Below, piece after piece: positions 9,687-17,991 of a stretch of DNA of 64,000 nt. The DNA is taken from contig JABIDS010000010.1 in assembly GCA_018651605.1 (NCBI GenBank), positions 32,053-96,052 on the forward strand, given 5' to 3'. A program made the translations under genes and the position numbers. Each line of letters begins with the position of its first letter. The first letter of the stretch is position 1. Origin of the DNA: an archaeon. Lineage in GTDB: Archaea > Nanobdellota > Nanobdellia > Pacearchaeales > GW2011-AR1. The notes under the pieces are model-generated. The model saw only the letters and a program-made list of their open reading frames with translations, made no database searches and was not told where the DNA came from.

Positions 9687-10646
9687 ATGGCAAAAAAACC
9701 AAAAACAACAAAAGTAATATCAAGAAGAAAAAAATTCATAAAAGTAGAAGTTCCCTTAGCAAAATCAACAATTGAACTAATTGGTTCATCACCTGAAGAA
9801 ATTCAGGGAAGAACAATAAAACTAGACTTAACAAGACAATTAAAAGGAAAATCAGTAGAAGCAACCGTTAAGATAAAAACAGAAAACGAAAAACCGATAG
9901 CAAAACCAATCAAACTAAAGCTTATGCCTTATTTCATAAGAAGAATGATAAGAAAAAGAATAAGCTATGTTGAAGATTCTTTTGAAACACCTTCACAAGA
10001 AAGCATGATAAAAATAAAACCTTTCCTAATCACAAGAAAAAGAGTATCAAGAGTTGTAAGAAAAACTCTCAGAAATAAATGTAAAAACTGGATAGAAGAT
10101 TACATTGCAGAAAGAAAAGACGACGAAATTTTCAACGAAGTTTTATCAAATAGAATGCAGAAACCATTATCTCTAATGTTAAAGAAAACATATCCTCTTT
10201 CGCTATGTGAGATAAGAGTTTTAGAAGTAAAAAGAACCTTAGAAAAAGATGAAATACCAAAAATAAAACCAAAACCAAAAAAAGTAGAACAAAAAGAAGA
10301 AATAGAACAAGGTTTAGATCAATTAGCAGAAATAGAAGAAGAAAAAAAGAAAGCAGAAGAAGAAATAAAACAAGCTCAAGAAAAAGCAGTTAAAAAGGAA
10401 GAACAAGAAGAGAAAGATAAAATAACAGAAGTAAAAGATTCTGCAAAATTACTTACTTCAGAATCAGCGGCGCTTTCAGAATCCAAAAAGGATTCTGAAC
10501 ACAAATCAGATTCTGAACCAGCTACTAAAGAAATAAAAGAAGCTAAAGAAAAAACTAAAGAAAAAGAAACTACCACTAAAGAAAAACCTAAAAAAGAAAA
10601 AACACCTGCAGGTGTACCTTCTGAAGGCAAGGAGAAAAAAGAATGA
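9687..10646 (+). CDS. rps3ae: 30S ribosomal protein S3Ae (eS1) with ~130-aa K/E-rich C-terminal extension
   Basis: The N-terminal roughly 185 aa (KKFIKVEVPLAKSTIELIG...IKLKLMPYFIRRMIRKR...CEIRVLEV) match the S3Ae family pattern. A long lysine/glutamate tail follows and ends in TPAGVPSEGKEKKE. Confidence 0.85.
   Translation: MAKKPKTTKVISRRKKFIKVEVPLAKSTIELIGSSPEEIQGRTIKLDLTRQLKGKSVEATVKIKTENEKPIAKPIKLKLMPYFIRRMIRKRISYVEDSFETPSQESMIKIKPFLITRKRVSRVVRKTLRNKCKNWIEDYIAERKDDEIFNEVLSNRMQKPLSLMLKKTYPLSLCEIRVLEVKRTLEKDEIPKIKPKPKKVEQKEEIEQGLDQLAEIEEEKKKAEEEIKQAQEKAVKKEEQEEKDKITEVKDSAKLLTSESAALSESKKDSEHKSDSEPATKEIKEAKEKTKEKETTTKEKPKKEKTPAGVPSEGKEKKE
10602..10631 (+). repeat. In-frame 30-nt module copy 1 (TPAGVPSEGK) in S3Ae
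   Basis: The sequence is ACACCTGCAGGTGTACCTTCTGAAGGCAAG. The first 14 nt are a perfect palindrome. Confidence 0.8.
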
Positions 10647-11122
10647 TAGAACAAACATTGGTCTTAATAAAACCTGATGGAGTAGCAAGAGGATTGGTTG
10701 GAGAAATAACAAAAAGATTTGAACAAAGAGGATTAAAAATAGTTGGATTAAAATTAACCCAAATAAATGCTGATTTTTCAAAAAAACATTATGCATCTCA
10801 TGTAGATAAAGATTTTTACAAAGGTTTAGAAAAATATATTCTTTCAGGACCAATTGTTGCAATAGCAATCGAAGGATTACATGCAGTAGAAACTGTAAGA
10901 AAAATAGTCGGAGGAACTGCTCCAAAAGATGCATTTGTTGGAACAATCAGAGGAGATTTTGCACATGTTTCATTCGAACATGCAGACAAAGAAAAAAAAT
11001 CAGTAGCAAATTTAATCCATGCTTCAGGAACCCTAGAAGAAGCAAAAGAAGAAGTAGCCTTATGGTTTTCAATAGATGAATTACATTCTTACAAAAGAAC
11101 TGATGATGATCATGTTTTATAA
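10643..11122 (+). CDS. ndk: Nucleoside diphosphate kinase
   Basis: MIEQTLVLIKPDGVARGLVGEI...GTIRGDF...N.IHASG is the classical NDK signature. The start overlaps the S3Ae stop (ATGA). Confidence 0.9.
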   Translation: MIEQTLVLIKPDGVARGLVGEITKRFEQRGLKIVGLKLTQINADFSKKHYASHVDKDFYKGLEKYILSGPIVAIAIEGLHAVETVRKIVGGTAPKDAFVGTIRGDFAHVSFEHADKEKKSVANLIHASGTLEEAKEEVALWFSIDELHSYKRTDDDHVL

Positions 11123-11165
11123 CGAATCAAAAATCTTTTAAACCCTTATTCTTATACTAAATCAT

Positions 11166-11237
11166 GCCTCTATAGCTCAGTGGTAGAGCAACTGATTTGT
11201 AATCAGTAGGTCGTCGGTTCAAATCCGGCTAGGGGCT
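11166..11237 (+). tRNA. tRNA-Thr (anticodon UGU)
   Basis: The cloverleaf has acceptor GCCTCTA/TAGGGGC, D arm GCTC-AGTGGTA-GAGC, anticodon stem ACTGA/TCAGT with loop TTTGTAA, and T arm GTCGG-TTCAAAT-CCGGC. Confidence 0.85.
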
Positions 11238-11288
11238 TAAAGAGGGCTGAAAGCCCTCATTAATTTCTAAATAGATTTGATGCCGCCC

Positions 11289-11369
11289 CGTCGGTTCAAA
11301 ACCTCCAAAAGCAACGGCTTTTGGATGGATCAAAAATCTTCGATTTTCTGAGTCGTCTAGGGGCTTAAA
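11289..11369 (+). repeat. Degenerate duplicate of the tRNA-Thr 3' portion (two matching blocks split by ~56 nt)
   Basis: CGTCGGTTCAAA at 11289-11300 repeats 11212-11223. CTAGGGGCTTAAA at 11357-11369 repeats 11229-11241. A perfect 9-bp hairpin (TCCAAAAGC-AACG-GCTTTTGGA) lies between the two blocks. Confidence 0.6.
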
Positions 11370-11426
11370 ACCTCCCAATATCAAACCTTCTCAAACCTTA
11401 TTAACTCCTATCTCTACAATTCAACA

Positions 11427-12209
11427 ATGCAACATATAAGTGAACTAAAAGAAGTGAAACACATTAATTTAATAGTTTTTGATGTGGATGGAGTTATTGT
11501 CCCAAGAGGAACAGAAATTATAGAATCAGGTTCTTCAGTAACTTTTAATCTAAAATTTCCTCCAAAAAAATTTATTGAAACAACAAAAGAACTTCTTAAT
11601 TATTCAAATGTAGCAATATCTTCAGGTAGAAGCATGTTAACACTAAAAACAATGTTCACTGAACTTTTTGGAGAATATAAAAATAATAACCATTTCATTC
11701 TTCAAGCAGAGAATGGGGGAAGAATTAGTATAGGTCCTGAAGAAATAGGGGCAGGACACAACCCAGATTATATAAAATCATTATCAACTTTAAGGGCAGA
11801 ATTAAGAAAAGTCCAACATCAACACATCAAAGGATTTGAACCAAAAGAAACTTTTTTAACAATCCACTGCCAGGACAGAGTTCCACAAATAGAAGAGATT
11901 ATAGACAAAAATAATTATTATCTCATTTGGAATGGTGAAGCATATGATATTGGCGACCCGAATATAACTAAAGGAACAGGACTTCAGAGAATCAAAGAAT
12001 TATTATCTCAAAGAACAGGAAAACCTATCAATGCAATAGCAATCGGAGATCGTCAAAATGATATAGACTTACTTCAGCAAGCAGACATAAGTGTTTCAGC
12101 AGATGCAAAAGTATTAACAGAAGCAAATTATTATGTACCAGATGACAATGAAACACTGCCAGGATTAATTCTTGCAAAACATCTTCTTGAAAGATTTAAA
12201 GAAAACTAG
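11427..12209 (+). CDS. HAD-superfamily hydrolase (Cof/IIB-like phosphatase)
   Basis: The protein has the DxD nucleophile motif FDVDGVIV near the N-terminus and the C-terminal motif GDRQNDIDLL. Its length is typical for HAD-IIB. Confidence 0.65.
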   Translation: MQHISELKEVKHINLIVFDVDGVIVPRGTEIIESGSSVTFNLKFPPKKFIETTKELLNYSNVAISSGRSMLTLKTMFTELFGEYKNNNHFILQAENGGRISIGPEEIGAGHNPDYIKSLSTLRAELRKVQHQHIKGFEPKETFLTIHCQDRVPQIEEIIDKNNYYLIWNGEAYDIGDPNITKGTGLQRIKELLSQRTGKPINAIAIGDRQNDIDLLQQADISVSADAKVLTEANYYVPDDNETLPGLILAKHLLERFKEN

Positions 12210-12272
12210 GTTATCTCAAAATTCTTCTTCCACCTACACAAAACTTTTAAACACTTAATCCTTCACAAAAAC

Positions 12273-12692
12273 ATGACAGAAAAAAACCAGGTTTACAAAT
12301 GCGAAATATGCGGAAACATAGTTGAAGTTTTACATGAAGGCAATGGAACATTAGTTTGCTGTGGAAAACCTATGAAACTCCAACAAGAAAACACAATTGA
12401 TGCTTCAACAGAAAAACATGTCCCAATAATAGAAAAAATAGAAGAAGGCAAAATATCCATAAAAGTAGGTTTAATCCCACATCCAATGGATCCAGATCAT
12501 TACATAGAATGGATAGAAAAAGATGTCGACGGAAAAATATGCAGAAAACAACTTAAACCTGGAGAAGAACCAGAAGCCAAATTCTGTCTCAAAGATCCTA
12601 ATGCAAAAGTAACTGCAAGAGAATATTGCAATTTACATGGACTATGGAAATCAGGAAAATCAGAAACAAAAGAGGAACCACAAGAAGAATAA
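12273..12692 (+). CDS. dfx: Desulfoferrodoxin (2Fe superoxide reductase)
   Basis: [29 protein letters not shown] is the desulforedoxin-like domain. EKHVPII...HPM...HYIEWIE...[11 protein letters not shown] is the SOR centre II pattern. Confidence 0.85.
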   Translation: MTEKNQVYKCEICGNIVEVLHEGNGTLVCCGKPMKLQQENTIDASTEKHVPIIEKIEEGKISIKVGLIPHPMDPDHYIEWIEKDVDGKICRKQLKPGEEPEAKFCLKDPNAKVTAREYCNLHGLWKSGKSETKEEPQEE

Positions 12693-12693
12693 A

Positions 12694-13266
12694 ATGAACC
12701 AAACACTAATCAACCTAACTAAAGCATTCATAGGAGAATCTCAAGCTAGAAATAGATACACATTCTATGCAAAAATTGCTAAAAAAGAAGGATACGAACA
12801 AATAGCTGCAATATTCTCACATACAGCAGACCAAGAAAAAGCTCACGCAAAAAGATTATTTGAACATATTCAAGAATTAAAACAAGACAACGAAGAAATA
12901 AAAATAGAAACCTCTGCACCAACAATTTATGAAACCACAATAGAAAATCTTAAGGCTGCAATCAATGGAGAAAACTATGAACACACTCAAATGTATCCAG
13001 AATTTGCCGAAACAGCAGATAAAGAAAACTTATCAAAAATCGCAGCAAGATTCAGAGCAATTGCAAAAGCAGAACAACATCATGAAGAAAGATACAAAAA
13101 ACTTTTAACTCAATTAGAAAACAATACTATCTTCAAAAAATCAGAAAAGACTCAATGGTTTTGCAGAGAATGTGGCTACATTCACGAAGGAGAAGAGCCA
13201 CCTGAAAAATGCCCTTCTTGTGACCATCCAAAGGCTTATTATCAAGTTAAGTGCGAAGAGTATTAG
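12694..13266 (+). CDS. rbr: Rubrerythrin
   Basis: I use the ATG at 12694 (MNQTLINL...). The four-helix diiron motifs are present (ESQARNRY, EKAHAKR, ENYEHT, EQHHEERY), followed by a C-terminal rubredoxin CRECGY...CPSC. Confidence 0.9.
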   Translation: MNQTLINLTKAFIGESQARNRYTFYAKIAKKEGYEQIAAIFSHTADQEKAHAKRLFEHIQELKQDNEEIKIETSAPTIYETTIENLKAAINGENYEHTQMYPEFAETADKENLSKIAARFRAIAKAEQHHEERYKKLLTQLENNTIFKKSEKTQWFCRECGYIHEGEEPPEKCPSCDHPKAYYQVKCEEY

Positions 13267-13325
13267 GATGCAAGATTAGCAACCACACAACACTCCAATC
13301 AATTTCAACAAATCTTAAAAATAAT

Positions 13326-14069
13326 TTAACTTTCCTTCTTTAATTCACCCTCTTCACTTGCAATATCCCACAATTTATCAAAATAACTTTTATATGCTCT
13401 TGCAACTGCTGCATTTTCTATAACAACCCCCTCAGGTTCATCAGTATAAATAATAATTGCAACTTTATCACCATAAATATCCGTTATCGCTGGACTTGAT
13501 TCAACATTAGACATCCACCTATAGGTTCCTTGAGTCATACATTTTTCAAATTTTCCTTCTCGGATAATTACTTTAGTTTTTATCCCTTTTTCTTTTTTCA
13601 ATCTATTGTGTATAAGTGCAAATTCAGGCATTTCCTCAACAAATTGCCCCTCAGAACCAAAAACATAATTATTCTTACCTGTTTCAATTATGTCCATGTA
13701 AATGCTTTTAATCCCCCTAATCCCCTTAAATAATTTAACCTGCCCCTCTAAAACTCCCTTCTTACGCCTTTCGATAAGTTCAGGTAACATTGATTTGATA
13801 TCTTCCTCCTGTTCTTTTATATATTCAATAAATCTTGCAGGATCAGAGACTTGAAATCTTTTAATTTTTCCAATAGTAACATAACTAACAAATCCTTTTT
13901 CAATTAAAGATTTTAATGAATTATAACAACTACTTCTATCAATTTCTGATGTCTTTGAAATCTTTCCAGCCTTAGCAGATCCTAATCTATTTAAGATAAG
14001 ATAGACTTTTATTTCATTAGGGCTAAATCCTAACTTCTCTAACACTTTAACAATTTTAGGATTATACAT
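13326..14069 (-). CDS. TrmB-family transcriptional regulator
   Basis: The N-terminal winged helix LEKLGFSPNEIKVYLILNRLGSAKAGKISKTSEIDRSSCYNSLKSLIEKGFV is typical of TrmB. It is transcribed divergently from a sugar-acid gene pair. Confidence 0.7.
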   Translation of the reverse strand: MYNPKIVKVLEKLGFSPNEIKVYLILNRLGSAKAGKISKTSEIDRSSCYNSLKSLIEKGFVSYVTIGKIKRFQVSDPARFIEYIKEQEEDIKSMLPELIERRKKGVLEGQVKLFKGIRGIKSIYMDIIETGKNNYVFGSEGQFVEEMPEFALIHNRLKKEKGIKTKVIIREGKFEKCMTQGTYRWMSNVESSPAITDIYGDKVAIIIYTDEPEGVVIENAAVARAYKSYFDKLWDIASEEGELKKES

Positions 14070-14101
14070 ACAATATTAAGGGTTTTATAGATTATATAAA
14101 C

Positions 14102-14164
14102 ATGTTGTAGAAAACTCTACAACATAGTTGTTGTAGAACAAACATCACCTAACTTGTTGTAAGG
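14102..14164. promoter_or_regulatory. Candidate operator: perfect inverted repeat plus direct repeats of TTGTTGTA(G/A)
   Basis: ATGTTGTAGA-AAAC-TCTACAACAT lies at 14102-14125. It is followed by TTGTTGTAGAA (14128-14138) and TTGTTGTAAG (14154-14163). All sit in the divergent intergenic region next to A/T-rich TATA-like boxes. Confidence 0.45.
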
Positions 14165-14209
14165 GAATCATCAACTAAGATATATCAATTAATTTTGCTT
14201 TAGATTATT

Positions 14210-15139
14210 ATGAAAAACAAAACACTAGATTCTATTGGTTTTATTGGACTTGGAAAAATGGGTTACAATATGGCCAAATTAATTAAAAAAAAATCAGAGA
14301 TTAACGTATATGGATTTGATAAAGATGAAAAAGTTAGAAAATCAATAAAAGAGTTTGGAGCTGTTTCTGTAAATTCCTTAGATGAAATGGTTGAACAGTT
14401 AGGAGAAGATCAATTAAATTTTTGGATGATGCTCCCATCAGAACATACCAGTAAAACATTTAATCTACTGGTAAGGAAAATAAAAAATCAAGGAGATCAG
14501 CAATTCATTATAGATGGAAGCAATAGCAATTTTAAAAAAACAATTAAAAGACACAAAAAAGCAAGAAAACACGGGATTGGAATGTTAGATGTTGGTGTTT
14601 CTGGGGGAATTCTGGCAAGAGAGACAGGTTATCCAATGATGATTGGAGGAGATAAAGATATTTATGAATATGCAAAACCCTTATTTTCTTCACTTGCAAA
14701 CAAAGAAAGCTTTGGAAGGGTAGGAGAAGCTGGGACAGGCCATTATTTAAAGATGGTACATAATTGGATTGAATATGGGATTATGGAAGCTCTTGGCGAA
14801 GGCGTAAACCTATTATTTAATGGACATTATAAAAATAGGCTGGACATCGTTGAAGGATTTAGAATTTTTACAAATAACACTATAATTGATGGAACCCTTA
14901 CTAATGTTACCTATAATGCACTATTAAAAGACCCAAATTTAGAATCAGTTAAACCCTATGTGGAAGAGAACGGTGAAGGTTATTGGGCATCACTCGAAGC
15001 ATTAGAAAATGAAGTTCCCTCAGTTGTCAATTCTTATGCAGTAAGTTCTAGAAGAATTTCTCGTGGAAAGGACGACCCTAAACATAAAATTATCGCTTTA
15101 ATGAGAAAAGGTTTTGGAGGTCATGATACTAAAAAATGA
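14210..15139 (+). CDS. 6-phosphogluconate dehydrogenase-like NAD(P) oxidoreductase (short Gnd/YqeC type)
   Basis: It has the Rossmann motif IGFIGLGKMGYNM and the motif GHYLKMVHNWIEYGIMEALGEG, which resembles the 6PGDH signature GHxVKMVHNGIEYG. Confidence 0.65.
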   Translation: MKNKTLDSIGFIGLGKMGYNMAKLIKKKSEINVYGFDKDEKVRKSIKEFGAVSVNSLDEMVEQLGEDQLNFWMMLPSEHTSKTFNLLVRKIKNQGDQQFIIDGSNSNFKKTIKRHKKARKHGIGMLDVGVSGGILARETGYPMMIGGDKDIYEYAKPLFSSLANKESFGRVGEAGTGHYLKMVHNWIEYGIMEALGEGVNLLFNGHYKNRLDIVEGFRIFTNNTIIDGTLTNVTYNALLKDPNLESVKPYVEENGEGYWASLEALENEVPSVVNSYAVSSRRISRGKDDPKHKIIALMRKGFGGHDTKK

Positions 15140-16335
15140 AATTAGGACTAAGGCATTACGGAGTTAACGACGAATTTCCTATAGAAAGTCTGGAAAAAGT
15201 AGGAGCCGAATTCGTAGTAACTCTTGTTCCAAATAAAAAAATTGGAGAGGTTTGGACAAAAAATGATATAGTGTCAACAAACTTCCCAATAAAAAAGAAA
15301 ACAAATATTGAATGGAAAGTTTGTGAAAGTATCCCAATTCATGAAGACATTAAACTAGGAACAAAAAATTTTAAAGAATATACAAAAAATTTTATCGAAT
15401 CAATGAAAGAATTAGCAGAAGTGGGCGTCGAGATAATTTGCTATAATTTTATGCCTGTTGTTGACTGGACAAGAACCAGTGTAGATTACAAACTTCCAAA
15501 TGGCTCAAAAACTCTTAGATTTGATTCAGAGATATTTAGTGTTTTTGATTTATTTATTTTAGAAAGAAGTAATGCCTTAGAACAATATTCAAAGTCAGAA
15601 ATAAAAAGGGCAGGAGAAATATTTAGTGAAATGAGTGAACAATCAAGAAAAGATTTAACAAAGATTATTTCCACAGGGCTTCCAGGATCAGTCGCAGAAT
15701 CTCATGATATAGAAGGTTTAAGAAAAACAATTGATAGATATAAGGGATTATCTAAAGGTTATTGTCAAAATAACTTAAAGAATTTTTTAAATACCGTTCT
15801 TCCGGTTGCTGAAAGTTTAGGAATTAAATTAGCAATGCATCCTGACGACCCGGCATTAAATATATTTGGATTACCGAGATTAATGTCTACCGAAGACGAT
15901 ATTAAATATCTTCTAGATATTTCAGACTCACCCTCAAATGGTTTAACTGTTTGCACAGGCTCATTTGGTTCTAATAAAAATAATGATTTAGGACGCATTA
16001 CAAAAACTTATTCAGACAAAATATATTTTGCACATTTAAGAAATATTAAAAGAGGTCCAGGAAATTCATTTTATGAATCCGGACATATTACTGGAGATTT
16101 AAATATGAGTGAAATTGTTCATAATTTAATATCTGGAGAAAATAAGAGGAAAACAAAAGAGGGATTTGATTGGGAAACTTATGTTAGACCAGATCATGGT
16201 TTAGATATCTTAGGAGACTCTAGTTGCAATCAACCAGGATATCCCTTATGGGGAAGAGCATTAGGGCTTGCAGAGCTAAAGGGATTAATGAAAGGAATAA
16301 ATTATTTAGAAGAAATATATAATTCTAATAAATAA
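15136..16335 (+). CDS. uxuA: Mannonate dehydratase
   Basis: By recall, ESIPIHEDIKLGT and CYNFMPVVDWTRTSVDYKLPNGSKTLRFD closely track E. coli UxuA (ESVPIHEDIKT, CYNFMPVLDWTRTDL...DGSKALRFD). The start overlaps the upstream stop (ATGA). Confidence 0.8.
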   Translation: MKLGLRHYGVNDEFPIESLEKVGAEFVVTLVPNKKIGEVWTKNDIVSTNFPIKKKTNIEWKVCESIPIHEDIKLGTKNFKEYTKNFIESMKELAEVGVEIICYNFMPVVDWTRTSVDYKLPNGSKTLRFDSEIFSVFDLFILERSNALEQYSKSEIKRAGEIFSEMSEQSRKDLTKIISTGLPGSVAESHDIEGLRKTIDRYKGLSKGYCQNNLKNFLNTVLPVAESLGIKLAMHPDDPALNIFGLPRLMSTEDDIKYLLDISDSPSNGLTVCTGSFGSNKNNDLGRITKTYSDKIYFAHLRNIKRGPGNSFYESGHITGDLNMSEIVHNLISGENKRKTKEGFDWETYVRPDHGLDILGDSSCNQPGYPLWGRALGLAELKGLMKGINYLEEIYNSNK

Positions 16336-16408
16336 GTTTTACAAACAATCATCTTATTTAAATTAAGAAATAAAAAAAAACCACCCAAAACAACCTCCAA
16401 AATAAAAA

Positions 16409-16591
16409 TTAAATTCTAACAATGTATTTTCCAATACCTTTTTTCCAATCAACTACTTTTTTCCAAGTAGCATGAGGATATTTTTTCATGATGTCTTCAA
16501 TAATACTGTATCGCTTTTCTAGTCCAAAGTTAACTCCACCAACTAACGCAAAAGATAGCTCAATAATCATTTTTTTCCTCCACTTATACAC
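16409..16591 (-). CDS. Small hypothetical protein
   Basis: This is an ORF only, with no motif. It occupies an otherwise empty gap. Confidence 0.25.
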   Translation of the reverse strand: MYKWRKKMIIELSFALVGGVNFGLEKRYSIIEDIMKKYPHATWKKVVDWKKGIGKYIVRI

Positions 16592-16711
16592 TTTAATATA
16601 TACTTTCCTTTAAATATAATTAGTCACAACAATGCATATTTTTCACTAAACTCATCTTTATAAATCAGAAATCTAAAAAGTAGTTACAAGTAATTCTAGA
16701 GTAGTTCTAAA

Positions 16712-17113
16712 CTAATTTTCTTCCCTTATCAGTTCAGAAGAAGACTGTATTTTCTCTCCCAAACCATCAACAATTTCAATCCCTAATTCTTTACAAACAG
16801 GAGTTTCAGGGATTTCATAAGCAAATCTATCTCCCCCTTTAGCAAGAATATCCGGCCTCACAGCCCTCAAACTCTTACAAACACTCTTATCTTCATCAAT
16901 ACTGACAAAAACCTCATCAACCATCTCCAAAGCCTCCAAAATAACTTTCCTCTCCTCCAAGGGCATAAATGACTTCCCCTTTTTCAAAACAGCCTGCTTA
17001 TCATTATTCAATATAACAATTAGTTTATCTCCCAAAGCCCTAGCCAACCTAAAACACTCAATATGTCCAACATGCAAAGGATCATAATAACCAGAGACAA
17101 CCACAACTTTCAT
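16712..17113 (-). CDS. Cytidylyltransferase-family nucleotidyltransferase (HxGH)
   Basis: I use the ATG at 17113 (MKVVVVSGYYDPLHVGHIECF...). The HxGH motif and the roughly 130-aa size fit the TagD/RfaE-II/RibL-like fold. Confidence 0.7.
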   Translation of the reverse strand: MKVVVVSGYYDPLHVGHIECFRLARALGDKLIVILNNDKQAVLKKGKSFMPLEERKVILEALEMVDEVFVSIDEDKSVCKSLRAVRPDILAKGGDRFAYEIPETPVCKELGIEIVDGLGEKIQSSSELIREEN

Positions 17114-17223
17114 TTTAAAAACTAGGGACAAATCCTTTTAAATCTTAAGTATTCAAAATAATCAATTAAACATAACAAAGTTTTTGCTATAATCCTTATA
17201 AGCTTATTTTAATTAATGAAGTA

Positions 17224-17949
17224 ATGACTAAAAAAGATAAGATAAAAAGAAGATTAATAAGGGCAGAAAAGAAAAGAAAAAAACAAATTCCTGAGCCCAA
17301 AAGTTGGGTATTTGGTTTTGATGAAACAAATAATGGTTTTCATATAAAACCCAAAAACCCCTACTTTAAAACATCTCTAGTAGTAACTGGATACGCAACA
17401 GAAGATTTAGGGAGGGCAAATTATGGAAGCGAACCTTATGAACGAAAAGGCCACAATTATACAAAAAGAAATCTTCCAAAAACATTAGAAAAATGTAGAG
17501 AATATTTATCAAAACATCCAACATTTCTTTATACAACTATCTCAAAAGAAAATGCAAAAATTTATCCATTATCCAGACTAAAAGCTGACGCAATAGCACT
17601 TTTAACCCTAAGTTTATTTTTAAAATATCCCACAATAGACCCACAAAGAACTAAAATAATTATGGATGAGATGGGGGGAAGAAAAAGTTCAGAAGAAGTT
17701 GATCAAGGATTAGAACAATGGCTTAAAAAAACAGAATTACAAATACCTCACAAGATAAAAAGAGAAGCAGACGAAAAGACTATTGCAGTTAGGAAAGCAG
17801 ACAGAATAGGACATTATATCACTGCAATACATCATTTTGGAACAAACAATAAATGGCCCTATAGAAACAAAAGAATATCTTTTGATTCATTAGGAGAAAC
17901 AATAATAAGATTTTTAGAAAGAGACGAAATAGACTATCCTGAACCATAG
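17224..17949 (+). CDS. Hypothetical protein, weak RNase H-like (RNase HII/DUF3800-like) motifs
   Basis: GFDETNNG, IIMDEMGG and EADEKTIAVRKADRIGHY loosely recall the DE...D...AD carboxylate pattern of RNase HII/DUF3800. The similarity is not strong. Confidence 0.4.
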   Translation: MTKKDKIKRRLIRAEKKRKKQIPEPKSWVFGFDETNNGFHIKPKNPYFKTSLVVTGYATEDLGRANYGSEPYERKGHNYTKRNLPKTLEKCREYLSKHPTFLYTTISKENAKIYPLSRLKADAIALLTLSLFLKYPTIDPQRTKIIMDEMGGRKSSEEVDQGLEQWLKKTELQIPHKIKREADEKTIAVRKADRIGHYITAIHHFGTNNKWPYRNKRISFDSLGETIIRFLERDEIDYPEP

Positions 17950-17991
17950 AAATCTTTTTAACACCTACTTTTTTCTCTAAACTACTAAAAG

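Noticed and set aside
10376-10946. Minus-strand ORFs 10376-10654 and 10506-10946.
   Set aside because: They are antisense to the S3Ae tail and ndk. The F/L/S-rich low complexity mirrors the K/E-rich sense strand. The SEGTPAGV string arises only because the module is palindromic.
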